Shown: piece after piece, positions 1 to 25,826 of the stretch | How positions within the stretch are numbered: position 1 is the first letter of the stretch | How the letters are laid out: the number at the start of each line of letters is the position of its first letter | Assembly: GCA_020137815.1 (NCBI GenBank) | Contig: CM035350.1 | Span: 3,038,001 to 3,102,000, forward strand | Direction: 5' to 3' | DNA from: Hormiphora californensis | Lineage: Eukaryota; Animalia; Ctenophora | DNA: 64,000 nt | Translations under genes and position numbers: made by a program | Notes under the pieces: model-generated | What the model saw: the letters and a program-made list of their open reading frames with translations, nothing else | What the model was told of the DNA's origin: nothing | Database searches by the model: none

Positions 1-3852
<3,852 letters not shown>

Positions 3853-3862
3853 TACATATCCC

Positions 3863-4782
3863 TCACAGAACACGCAAGGAATGAAGGTGAGCAGGATCTA
3901 GGAACACCCCTCCCTCTCCTCTCCCGCACGTGCTGTTGTTCACGCCAATACCACTCATCTTGCTGCAGGAGCACCCCTCCTCCTCAACATCCCATTGTGT
4001 TAGGTTCATCTCCCGCACCACTGAGGGGTGGTTCCGGGTATAGAAATGGGACATCATTTCCTGGTTGAGAGTCCCCGAGCCAAACTCACACAGACACACC
4101 TCCCATGATCCCTCAGCAACCTGAAATAATGGGCGGGCGGTTACGTTGGTTACGAAATAACCCCTCTAAGGGGGGGGGGTTACGATAGTTCAGCTAAATC
4201 GTTGTCAGACACTGACTGTACATCGCGCAACCTCGATGCTACGCGGCCTCACGTAGCCGCACCGGGCCTTCGGCCCGGTGCGAAGAGGAGGGTCTCATAT
4301 GAGACAACTAAATCGTCATTATACTGTAAAGCTAGGGAAGAGTACTGTAAAGGACGAAATGTTTCATTGGGGAGACAGAATTGAACAGGGGCATGAAAGA
4401 GATTGTTCAAGATCCAGACAGTAATTATTACATCATAAATGGGGATGGTTACAATTCTGATAGTAAATTCTAATAGTCTGAGGTTGCCGGTCTCAAATTT
4501 ACAGTCAACACGTCTCAGATTCGAAAAGTGTCTCATCGCTCCAAACTTGGTCACGGGGTGGCAATCGTCGTACGGCTACCAAATAAATGGTAGCATTTAA
4601 TGTCTGTATAACCTCAAGTCTGTCATTGTTTTACCTCAAGTACATGTGTTAATCGGAAGAACCCGAGCGCCTCAACAAGCTGTTCCGTGTCAGCGGGTTC
4701 ATTGAAATCCACCCAATCCCCAAATCCAGTCATAACTTTGAGGGAGGGCTCAGTGTACCCCATAATGCCACCAATCAGTAAT
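3863..4782 (-). CDS. 3' exons of an uncharacterised spliced gene convergent with FIGNL1
   Basis: Exons 4782-4635 and 4120-3863 have canonical AG/GT ends and join in frame (LLIGGIMGYTEPSLKVMTGFGDWVDFNEP...HVLE|VAEGSWEVCLCEFG...LRVL*). Upstream exons are unresolved and no family is recognised. Confidence 0.5.
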
Positions 4783-4850
4783 CTAGGGGATAAAACATTA
4801 CATCATACAGCAGTAGAGTTGCGGGATTTGCCCGTCTCCCATTCTATCAT

Positions 4851-4988
<138 letters not shown>

Positions 4989-6005
4989 GACAAATTACAG
5001 GGGCTACACAATCGTTGAGGCAATAACTCATATATGACATGGTCAAACTAGCAAGGATGTCTCACTTTACGACCCTTGTCAAGGGGTAGAGCCAAGAGGA
5101 CCGCTCTTTTACACCACTGCTGGCTGTATAGGTGTTTGTGTGTGTGTATGTATACTGTATGTGTGTGTGTTTGTGTGACTATACTACCGCAATATCGATT
5201 ACAACATTACACCTATAAAACTTGGTGTCCGATCCTTCCACAAGCTGGCTTGCTTGAATAAAATAGCACACAATACCTGATCTACCAAACCCTCACAGAA
5301 TGTTCGTAACGAAGTTACTCCTCCCTTGCCAGTACGCGAAGGGGTGACTTCGTAACCAACACAGAATGACCATTTGAGCCAAACAATACCTAAGCGCATG
5401 TGAAAACAGCAGCTTCTCCAGTACTTACTTTTATGTTCTAACCAGCTCCTTTACATAAATACGAAAAGGGGAGTGAGCTAGGCAAGTACTTATTGTTCTA
5501 AATTATTGTTCTAACCAGCTCGAGCTAGGCAAGCACTTACAATGTTAGCAGTTGATGAGTCATGGTGAAGAGATTTGTTACAAAGGAATAGAACAAAATA
5601 GAGATTTAAAGTGGTTTAAATCCGCGAGGGGGGGTTCGAATTTGTTGAACAGTACTTTGTGTGGGTGGCAGGTGTAAAATTGAGTTTTCTGTACTAGTGT
5701 GTCATGGTGGCTGCAGCTGTTACTTAGTCAGATTACTCTGAGTTACTCGGATTATATTAAAACGAATTAGTTGCAATTCAAGTGAACTCTTGATTTAAAA
5801 TCTACAATAATAATATTATACCACACAAACACACAACAACAACAAACGAACAGAGAAAATAACGTCACAAAAACGTGAAATATTAAAAAACGCCATTATT
5901 AAAAGCAATCATGTGTCCCCCGCGATCAACCCTCTCAAAAAGTCTCTGCGAGTGTCTGTTTCAGCAATTGTGTCCCGCAATTACCCCTCTCGAAAAGATA
6001 GTGTT

Positions 6006-7508
<1,503 letters not shown>

Positions 7509-7645
7509 ATGATAAGAGAGAGAGTGAAGAGATCAGTGACAATTGCAGTGCAAAATAAAACCACGCGATCAACAAATGAGAGCTTAGAACACCACTTGAT
7601 TTGCATGATCATCGGGGGGAGGTGGACTGTTTAACCACTGTTCTC

Positions 7646-7659
7646 TCGTGACGTCACGA
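7646..7659. promoter_or_regulatory. Perfect CRE (TGACGTCA) within the 14-bp palindrome TCGTGACGTCACGA, ~140 bp upstream of the EGR ATG
   Basis: Motif seen directly. Function is inferred from CREB control of EGR genes in bilaterians. Confidence 0.5.
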
Positions 7660-8879
7660 CGAGCAGTTAATTCGAGGAAGAGGGGGATAGAGGGGTAGAG
7701 AGAGGGGGTAGAGAGAGAGAGTGGTGAGTACTTGATAAAAGTCTGAATACCACGCTCCACACTATTTCATACATGTCTCAACTATCTAACCGACAACTTT
7801 CTCTCTCTCTCCCTCTCTCTAACCGACAACTTTCTCTCTCTCTCTCTCCCTCTCTCTCTCTCTCTCTCCCTCCTTCTTAGTTAACTATACGACCAATTGA
7901 GACTAGACAATAAAATATTTGAAGGTGCAGATTAGATACTATTGCTGCAGACAGTTTAACGGAGGTAGTGGTAGAGTAATGGCTTGTCTTCAATGCAGTA
8001 CATAGTTGAAGATGTCAGTAAAAAAGTAGTAAAGGGAATAATCTACTAGACATTCCTGATACATGCTCATTTTACTAAGATTTATAGAAAATTGAGGCGG
8101 GCAAGACCATGTGAATAGTAAACAAGGGTACCTATAACATATGTCTAATAATCAACACCAGCTAGAATTGTGGCACAACCATTATATGCAACACAATTGT
8201 CCCCGGGGGATATCTAAGTTCATTGTAATTGTATGCTTTGAATATTAATAATGATCCGTGTGAGTGGGTGGGATGATATTGCTCGGCGGGGGCGACTGCA
8301 GCAGGAGTCTGGCGACACAGTTCGGGATGTGCGTGGGGGTTACGAGTGGGCACAAACTACTGCACTATGAGTGGGATGACTCCCGGCCTGTCTGTACTAT
8401 ACTACTAGTAGTTGTTTGTAGGCTTGCATTTAGTTGCTCCATGATCCGTGCAGACTTTAATGACTTCCATGTTGATGTATCTTAGAATTTGATGGTGTTT
8501 CAGCAGAAATGTAACGATTAAATGTTTTTTAATATCGAGTTGGTTTCAGTTTGGAGTCATGAGGCAGTCAACCTTTCTCCGGCTCACAAAGGGCTCACAA
8601 AGCACCGTTTATTTCTCGTGTCCAGTCAATTTTTTCTTGTCTAGGTTCAATTGTTTCTTGTCCAGGTTCAATTGTTTCTTGTCCAGGTTCAATATTGTCT
8701 CTCCATGTCTAAAAGTGCCTATTTTTTGGACCCATACTGCTCATACTAATGATTCATGAACCTTGGCTGAAACTCCTAGTTTTTTATTCCTAAAAAAACC
8801 GAGTAAAGATATTAATTATATTATTATTACAAGTACTAATATGAATTAATATTCTTGAAAATCTTGGAAATCTCTCGTC

Positions 8880-9844
8880 TACGGTGGCAGATTCCGGCCA
8901 AGTGTTTTTTCAATCAAGTGAAATGTTTTTGTTTAAAATTTTATAAAAATTTTATTTCAAAATGAAAATAAACATGTCGTTAAAATTATTGGCCGGAATC
9001 TGCCACGCGGGTGGCAGATTCCGGCCAAGATTCTCAAAAAACCTTGGCCAGAATCTGCCACACACGTGGCAGATTCTGGTCAACCAACTAAAACTTGTTT
9101 ATATCAAAGCGAAAACCACTGTACCCGACTAATTTTGATACGCTGAATCACGTAAGATACTTTTCCAATCCCCCAGAGGTCGGGAAAGTGTCATAATTGA
9201 CCATAATTGGGTCTAATTGACCCCACTTACAACTTTTCACCTTAAAACGATAGACGCTTATGTGAAGGCACTTTTCCGACGTAATTTGATACGCTGAATC
9301 ACGTAAGCAACTTTTCCAAGTCCTTAGAGATCGGCAAAGTGCCCTAATTGAGCAATTAAGGCTAATTATACCCAATTAAGGTACTTTCCCGACCTCGGAG
9401 GGCTTGGAAAAGTTGCTTACGTGATTCAGCGTATCAAAATTAGTCGGAAAAGTGCCTTCACATAAGCGCCTATCGTTTTAAGGTAAAAAGTTGTAAGTGG
9501 GGTCAATTAGACCCAATTATGGTCAATTATGACACTTTCCCGACCTCTGAGGGATTGGAAAAGTATCTTACGTGATTCAGCGTATCAAAATTAGTCGGGT
9601 ACAGTGGTTTTCGCTTTGATATAAACAAGTTTTAGTTGGTTGGCCAGAATCTGCCACGTGTGTGGCAGATTCTGGCCAAGGTTTTTTTGAGAATCTTGGC
9701 CGGAATCTGCCACCCGCGTGGCAGATTCCGGCCAATAATTTTAACGACATGTTTATTTTCATCTTGAAATAAAATTTTTATTAAACTTCAAACAAAAACA
9801 TTTCACTTGATTGAAAAAACACTTGGCCGGAATCTGCCACCGTA
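8880..9844. mobile_element. Non-autonomous foldback DNA transposon (~480-bp arms), termini TAC...GTA, 6-bp TSD CTCGTC (IS3EU-like)
   Basis: TACGGTGGCAGATTCCGGCC at 8880 mirrors GGCCGGAATCTGCCACCGTA ending at 9844. CTCGTC lies at 8874-8879 and 9845-9850. No ORF. Confidence 0.85.
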
Positions 9845-9947
9845 CTCGTCATTATAATCCTAACTAACTACTTGCTGTCTGTAAATCAGGAGAGAGAGGG
9901 GAAGATAGAGAGATGGAGAGAGATGGAGAGAGATAAAGAGAGAGAGA

Positions 9948-10043
<96 letters not shown>

Positions 10044-10402
10044 AAGTGATAGAGATTAGAGATTAGAGAGAGAGTGTGAATTTTACCTTTGACTAAGATA
10101 AAGTAATCGAGGCGACGCGACAACGTGGAACCCACTTAACTAGAAGAATTTGCATCTAGTTACCCCGTCCTGTTTTGCGAAAAAAATCTTAGTTACTACT
10201 TTTTCGTCTGGTATGCTTCGTGGTATGCTTCGTGGCCAATAATCGTAGAGTTGATCATATTGTCACGTGTTTTGAATGAAAAACCAACTCAAGCTCCTTG
10301 TAAGGTTATAAAAGTCAAGATTTGTCTCTCGAACGGGCTAGGCAGGAGTCTAACATAACTCTAAGCCTAAAAGATGGAGACCCTCTGTAAAGACTTCACC
10401 CT

Positions 10403-10502
<100 letters not shown>

Positions 10503-10746
10503 CCCTATCTGTACTACTTTTCCAACTCTCCGGCGGCACGCGTCGTAAGTTAGCCCAGTAACCCGGGTGTATCACGTGACGCCTGTTCTCTGATCTCATT
10601 GGTGTAGGGGAGCACTGAGGCACCAGGAAGTGTGAGCTATCATCAAATGGTCGCGTGCCGCGGAAAAATAGTACTCCGTCGCGAGTCAGACAGCTCGAGA
10701 TAGAGAGTGAGAGGGACAATGGACAAATGAGGGCCCGGAAATGCGT

Positions 10747-11373
10747 TTAGGGCGTGCAAAAGGGCAGACCTGTCACTGGTAGATCTTCTGCAAACCATAA
10801 TAATAATAATAACCCCATATAACATGGTTAGATATCAGAAAATGAACTTAGATAACGTGATACTACAGAGGTTGAGAGCCTTCAAATGAAGTTTGGACTC
10901 AGGGTTGTCAATATGACCATACTAAACTGCAGTACAGTAACAATATGAAAATCAACTATACCACAATGTAACGTACCAATATGAGGGGATGGGTTGGCGG
11001 CGGCAGAGAGCGTGTTGTTGAATGAACTGAAGTTACACATGAGGTCCAGATCCAGACTCTCATCTGGCCAGGTATCAAAGGTGCTGCTGCTGTGGTCCTG
11101 TAGTGGGGGGAGAGGAGGGTAGACGAAGGGTAGACAAAAGGGAGGGAGATGGGGGGAGGATGGACGTACGGAGTTGAGGGATCCGAAAAAGGATTCCAGG
11201 TTTGAGGTATCCAGGGCCGGACAGTCCGTGGCTCCGATTGTGCTGTCTGTCAGGTTGGCCAGGGTATCACTGAGGGCTGGAGTTTGGTCCCCTGTTACCA
11301 CATCGTCCAGCAGATGATCGTAGCAGATCTGTTCGTCTAATCGCTGCTGCATCCGGGGTACTGAATGATCTCG
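10747..11373 (-). CDS. Probable last two exons of an uncharacterised gene with an acidic/Pro-rich C-terminus
   Basis: Exon 11373-~10977 (RDHSVPRMQQRLDEQ...PDESLDLDLMCNF...SPHI) splices in phase to ~10788-10747 (EDLPVTGLPFCTP*). The 5' exons (candidates up to ~14100) could not be joined. Confidence 0.35.
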
Positions 11374-11949
11374 CTAAAATATATTGTCGTGTTAAACTGA
11401 TACTGAACAACTATATAGGGGGCTATAAAGGTGCAATTGGGGCAACAATCTATAGGTCATAGTTCATACTAGTATTTAGGGTTATAGTAGTTATCTGACA
11501 GGAAATTATAATAGCGTAGCTCAAGCTGTTGTTCTAGGCCATAAAAGTCTAAATAGGGCTAGCAGTCGAAAGATTTAAAAAAACCACAAATAAATTAGCT
11601 ATGTGCGTTTAAGATTGAAAAGTCTATAATGCTGCAGCGAACACTGCTGTATAATAGACGCACAGGTAAAAGTACTGCCAGATAGGTCAGGTGTACCATG
11701 TGATATAGTATCCCTCGACCAATAGCATCCCGCAACACACATCACGTGATCTAGTAGTGCGGATGATCGTAAACTGCTGCAACGTGTAACTCAGAGAGAG
11801 AGAGAGAGAGGGTGAGCGAGAGAGAGTGAGAGAAAGAGAAGGTATATCGCACTACGATTCCGGCTGATCCTGCTAGACCCACCCTTATTGTGCTGGATTT
11901 AGCTAGTGCAGCAGTGCTGCAAAACACAGATGAGGGCTGGGTGCAGGGT

Positions 11950-12935
11950 GAGGGACAAAACACTAGATGTGGGCTGTGTGGGGCACAAAACACTAGATGT
12001 GGGCTGTGTGGGGCACAAAACACTAGATGTGGGCTGTGTGGGGCACAAAACACTAGATGTGGGCTGTGTGGGGCACAAAACACTAGATGTGGGCTGTGTG
12101 GGGCACAAAACACTAGATGTGGGCTGTGTGGGGCACAAAACACTAGATGTGGGCTGTGTGGGGCACAAAACACTAGATGTGGGCTGTGTGGGGCACAAAA
12201 CACTAGATGTGGGCTGTGTGGGGCACAAAACACTAGATGTGGGCTGTGTGGGGCACAAAACACTAGATGTGGGCTGTGTGGGGCACAAAACACTAGATGT
12301 GGGCTGTGTGGGGCACAAAACACTAGATGTGGGCTGTGTGGGGCACAAAACACTAGATGTGGGCTGTGTGGGGCACAAAACACTAGATGTGGGCTGTGTG
12401 GGGCACAAAACACTAGATGTGGGCTGTGTGGGGCACAAAACACTAGATGTGGGCTGTGTGGGGCACAAAACACTAGATGTGGGCTGTGTGGGGCACAAAA
12501 CACTAGATGTGGGCTGTGTGGGGCACAAAACACTAGATGTGGGCTGGGTGGGGGACAAAACACTAGATGTGGGCTGTGTGGGGCACAAAACACTAGATGG
12601 CTGGGTGGGGCACAAAACACTAGATGTGGGCTGTGTGGGGCACAAAACACTAGATGTGGGCTGGGTGGGGCACAAAACACTAGATGTGGGCTGTGTGGGG
12701 CACAAAACACTAGATGTGGGCTGTGTGGGGCACAAAACACTAGATGTGGGCTGTGTGGGGGACAAAACACTAGATGGCTGGGTGGGGGACAAAACACTAG
12801 ATGGCTGGGTGGGGGACAAAGCACTAGATGGCTGGGTGAGGGACAAAACACTAGATGGCTGGGTGGGGGACAAACACTAGATGGCTGGGTGGGGGACAAA
12901 ACACTAGATGGCTGGGTGGGGGACAAAACACTAGA
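11950..12935. repeat. Minisatellite: 30-bp unit GGGCACAAAACACTAGATGTGGGCTGTGTG grading into a 27-bp variant
   Basis: Directly visible. Homogeneous 30-mers on the left, 27-mers (...CTAGATGGCTGGGTGG) on the right. Confidence 0.97.
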
Positions 12936-14176
12936 GGGCATGGACAAACTGCTAAGGATGATTTTCCCAGTCCGCCCACTCACTTTAAATAATAGTGGTT
13001 CAGAGTGCGCCTCATGCTCACATATCAGGCTCACTACTGTACCGAGCTTGTTAGGACATACCAGCTCCTGTATCACATGGCACCCTTTCAGGTGTGATCA
13101 GCTACCAGTGCCGATATTGTTATGACGAAGATATGTGATCCTGACGGCCACCACTACCAGTCGCATACCACGTTACCATAGCAATGGCAATGCGCCCCCT
13201 GGAATGGCAGGGAAATGATGTATGAAAGACTCTTTGATAAGGCAAGTGTATTGGGATGAAAGACTTTGTAGCATTTGACCTATGACGTCATATATTTTGA
13301 ATGGTTTTGTATCATATTTTTCTAATTTTTAACCGTTTGTAAACTCAGTAGATTACTTCATGATATAATGGGGCTGATCTCACTTAAAATATTTCCCATG
13401 ACGCATGATAATTATCCGTCCTTTAGTACTAAAGGACGGATAATTATAAATGCTCTCATTTAGTAAATGAGAGCAATCTAGTCGAGCCCTTCTTAGTGTG
13501 ATCCCCGTCCTAATCACTTCTGTTTATATGGGGGGAACCCCCCCCCCCCCCCGTTTATATGTACAATGAGGTCACTACTGCAGTTGCTACATCCCAATCT
13601 ATGCCCCATTTCTCCCCGTGCGATCAGCCTCACTTTGTACACAGACGAGAAGGTCCTGTTTTGGTCATGCAAAATAGTAAGAAGATAATTACAATCAATA
13701 ACAGGGAGAATAATATATAAGAAATCAAATTATCAGTCTTCGCATCACTTAACACTGAACAATAATAATAATATATAGGTTATCACTCAGAAACAAACTA
13801 GTTTCACTCTCGCAGAAGAGGTAAGCACATTTGCCCCACTCCTGCTTATAACAGCAATGTACGTGAAGGGAATACACAATCTTGCTGCTACACTTATCCA
13901 CATCGCGATATGTCGACTTGAAAGAGAGGGAGAGGGAGGGAGAAAGACCACCGACTCTCAATAAGGGAAGTTCGACTTTTCTCTCTCTCTCACTCTCTCA
14001 CTCTCCCATATTCATCATGGGTATCCGTCGGAGTCCCCAAGGTCTTTTCAACTCTTGACTTTTCCGGAGAACGTGCTTCGGCTCTTCCACATAGTATATT
14101 TTCATGCCTAACAAATCCTTTGTTCATTTTGGTACCCCTCTATCGCGTGTAGTGCGAAAAATTGAGATAGATATAG

Positions 14177-14317
<141 letters not shown>

Positions 14318-14474
14318 GAGAGATAACGTTAGGGATTGAGTGCCCAGCAATGGCGTTTTTTTTTGTAACATGTCTAATCGGTTGTAGCAGGGTATAAAAA
14401 ATGTCTATTATCCCTTCTCAGTTCTCATTGCCACCCCCAGAAACTCTCAGAGTTATCATATATTAGTGTCCTCT

Positions 14475-22914
<8,440 letters not shown>

Positions 22915-23560
22915 CTCAAATCTTCACCGCATCATTGCTTGGGAAAAGTAATTAAATAGGTGTAATAGTTGTGCAGTTATTATGTCTTCATCTTTTAAAC
23001 AAGTTCTTCACTGACTGTCGATTGTAAGAATAGTTTACAGGCCCCTCGGTAAGTGTGCGGGATAATTCAGTAACTTCGATGTCGGTTTTAATTTGCAACT
23101 TTCTCTTAGGGGAACATTAGTAGAATTCATAGCTCCAGAACGTGCGACCAGGACTGTATGTCTGTTATCACACGCTACGTAAAAACTTTGTAAAGTCTTA
23201 AGTCCCTTTTAGGGGCATCTCGTGTGGAATCGGTCACATTCTGTCTCAAGGATCACGAGCCTCCTAAGTTTTTACAGGCTCTTTGAAGGCTCTTAAAACC
23301 CAAGCACTCTTTTTTCGGCCCTGCTTCGTAGCTCGTCTATCTCACGGAACCATGAGGGGCTGCAGCAGCGTATTCCAAGAACAATGGCTTCATCAACCAA
23401 CACAACCCACTAGGGACATCAGGGGTGAAACGGTGCAGAGTAACCACTAGACACGGTGAGGTGTGAATCAAGTCATCATACGGTCCCCCGGGGACCGTCC
23501 CCGTATGGGTTGTGCAGAAACATAATGGCTTCATCGATTTTGCAAAATTCTCAAATGAGG

Positions 23561-23704
23561 GGCCTCGGAAATGTTCAGCCCACGTCACGCCCACCAATCA
23601 CAGCGCAGAACAGCTCTTGTGATCCGCACGTTCTGAGCTGTGATTGGTGGGCGTGACCTGAATGTGCATGACCAGTGAGTACTGACCTAAACATTTCCGA
23701 GGCC
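23561..23704. mobile_element. Small MITE-like hairpin element
   Basis: TIRs GGCCTCGGAAATGTT / AACATTTCCGAGGCC. Inner stem GTCACGCCCACCAATCACAGC / GCTGTGATTGGTGGGCGTGAC. Confidence 0.7.
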
Positions 23705-23805
23705 ACTGATGCAAATTCGATTTAATGTGAAATGAAATCCAAAGAAAATAAATTACAATAAATTACCCACACACCCTCATATACTCATTCTCCCTCTCTC
23801 TCTGC

Positions 23806-23970
23806 TCACGTATCTCGAAAGTCAACATCTTCCACTCTGACTGGGATCACACGTCTTTTGGTGCCCCTAAGCGCAACAAGTGTTGATCTCAATAAGCTGA
23901 ATCGTGTCTTTTCACGGATGAAGGACATGGTTTCAGCATAACATTCCTTGTGCCTGTCACAGATCTTCCT
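23806..23970 (-). mobile_element. 3' remnant of an RLE-type (CRE-clade-like) non-LTR retrotransposon
   Basis: Peptide YAETMSFIREKTRFSLLRSTLVALRG resembles the C-terminal motif of CRE-like elements (recognised from memory, not searched). Confidence 0.55.
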
Positions 23971-24113
23971 GGGCGCCGTTACGATCTGGGTGTTTGGAGG
24001 CCTGTTTACAGGTGCGCGCTGCCAAAAAAGTTGATTCACTAAAATGGCTCTAACCGCCAAACCACTCAACCGTTTTGGCTGATTCAAAGTTTATCTGGTA
24101 GGGAATGTCAAGG

Positions 24114-24170
24114 CCTAACCCCAACCCAAACCCCAACCCTAACCCTAACCCTACTTTAGCCCTAACCCTA
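24114..24170. repeat. Short degenerate interstitial (CCCTAA)n tract inside TE-rich DNA
   Basis: CCTAACCCCAACCCAAACCCCAACCCTAACCCTAACCC...CCCTAACCCTA. Confidence 0.7.
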
Positions 24171-25577
24171 AAAAACCGTTTGTCAGCACTCCCAAAACAC
24201 CCAGATTTATCGCTGGCCTTGGCATACGTTGCAGGCCCCTTATAATATAATATAAGGGGCCTGGAGGGAATACCGCGCTGGGGGGGAATACATAATCAAT
24301 CATATCTCCGGTTCCAGATAAGGTACAGAAATCGTTTTGGTAGCGTTGGAAAGAGGAAGATAACAGCTTTCAAATGCAACCGGTTTCAGGTCTCTATCTT
24401 ATCAGGAACAGGAGATATGAATCAAACTCCGCAAAATCGAGTGCGGTAAAATAAAAAAATTCGAGATTTTAATTCAAATTTGAAACAAAGTGTCCCTGCA
24501 GGGATCTGTGACGTCACTTTTTGAAAACAACCCATCTTTGAACGGTTATTGCTCAGCCTCCTGAAGTCCAATTTACTTCTCTCAAAAACAGCAAGGTAGA
24601 TAATTGTCAGATCTAACAGCTAGTGAAAGAATCAAGTTTAACGGACTTCAGGGGCCAAAGTTATAAGCACCGCCGTTTTTTCGCTCGCAAAGTTATCTTC
24701 GACCCAGCCGGGCCCGTCCTGAGCTCAGGCCAAACGCGCGCGCGGCATTCCCTTCAGTCCCCTCGTTGCGGGGGTGCGCGCATGAGGGGGCTGCAGCGCA
24801 TTCCAATCGCTGGCCGATCTTCCTGGCCGCACGCTCCAAAACCTGAAATCTGAACTTTTTCAAATAAAAACGCGCGCGCGCTTATCTTTCTCCGCGCCGC
24901 CTCGGAAAATGCATTTGAATGTTACGCGCGGAAGATGATAGCAAGCGCTGCCGCGATTTAGCTCTTTTCAAAGCGCGCGCCATAACAATTTCGGCATCCA
25001 AACGAAATTTCGCGAAAATTGCCTCATTTTTAATTGAAGAAGAAAGGCGAAAGGCGAAAGGCCTTCTATTTTCTTCCCTTCTTTCGCCCAAAAAGTGGAT
25101 CTAGCCTCTAGGACCCACTGGACGCACGCTTTCTTCGCCCCTGGGCCTGACCTGATGAGACTTCATCCCGGTTGCATTGGAAAGAGAAATGAAAGATCGT
25201 GAGCCGGTCAAATGACCCCCTGTCACCTGTGTGTGTCTATTGAACAAAAAAATTCGACAGAAATATCTCTAGAAGGAAAATAAAGCGAGATGATCCGCGA
25301 GGGATCACAACCCGGAGTGGGGGTGTTACACACCGTACAAAGTTTAACACGATTTATTGACTGATATCTAGATTATTTAGAATCTTAGAGTCTTAGGTAC
25401 TTATAGGAACGTAGACCGGAGTAGAGTAGACGCGAATATTTGCACTATGGAAATTCATAGTGCTGTATTCCTTGGTGATGCAATCACCTCTTCGTTTGCC
25501 TCCCTTAGAGCGGCTGTTAGTGTAGAGGTGACTGCGTCACCAATGTATTTCCCTCCTTTAAAGAATCAGAAAAGACA

Positions 25578-25713
25578 CGACAGACAGAAGACGATCTGGT
25601 GGTGATTCCGAAAGGATGATCCGGCACTATGCTGTCTCGCCTGTTCGGCGAGACTTGGCTGTGTGACTGTTTACAGTCCCAGATGAGCGGCCCAAACCAA
25701 ACCAAACCAAACC
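25578..25713 (+). mobile_element. Short retroposed insert (LINE 3' end or SINE) with (CCAAA)n tail and 14-bp TSD
   Basis: AATCAGAAAAGACA at 25564-25577 and 25714-25727. Internal stem-loop GTCTCGCC-TGTTC-GGCGAGAC. Confidence 0.8.
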
Positions 25714-25826
25714 AATCAGAAAAGACAGGTGATGTGACTGGTATAGGATGTGACTGAGTCATAACTTACTAAGTTTTTTACACGTTGGTAAGTCACTGCT
25801 CCACACGTTAAGCAGTTCCCACGTTG

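Noticed and set aside
8162-8485. Short ORFs upstream of EGR as a gene or extra exon
   Set aside because: No frame with consistent splice sites or recognisable motif.
11751-13125. Cys-rich repeat proteins (RCGLCGAQNT etc.) on both strands
   Set aside because: Open frames are a by-product of the minisatellite; no supported coding context.
24114-24170. Telomere or chromosome-fusion site
   Set aside because: Very short, degenerate, single orientation and embedded in TE-like DNA.
25145-25200. Hammerhead ribozyme (CTGATGA ... GAAA)
   Set aside because: No convincing stems I-III around the core; the sequence resembles DNA-transposon subterminal motifs.
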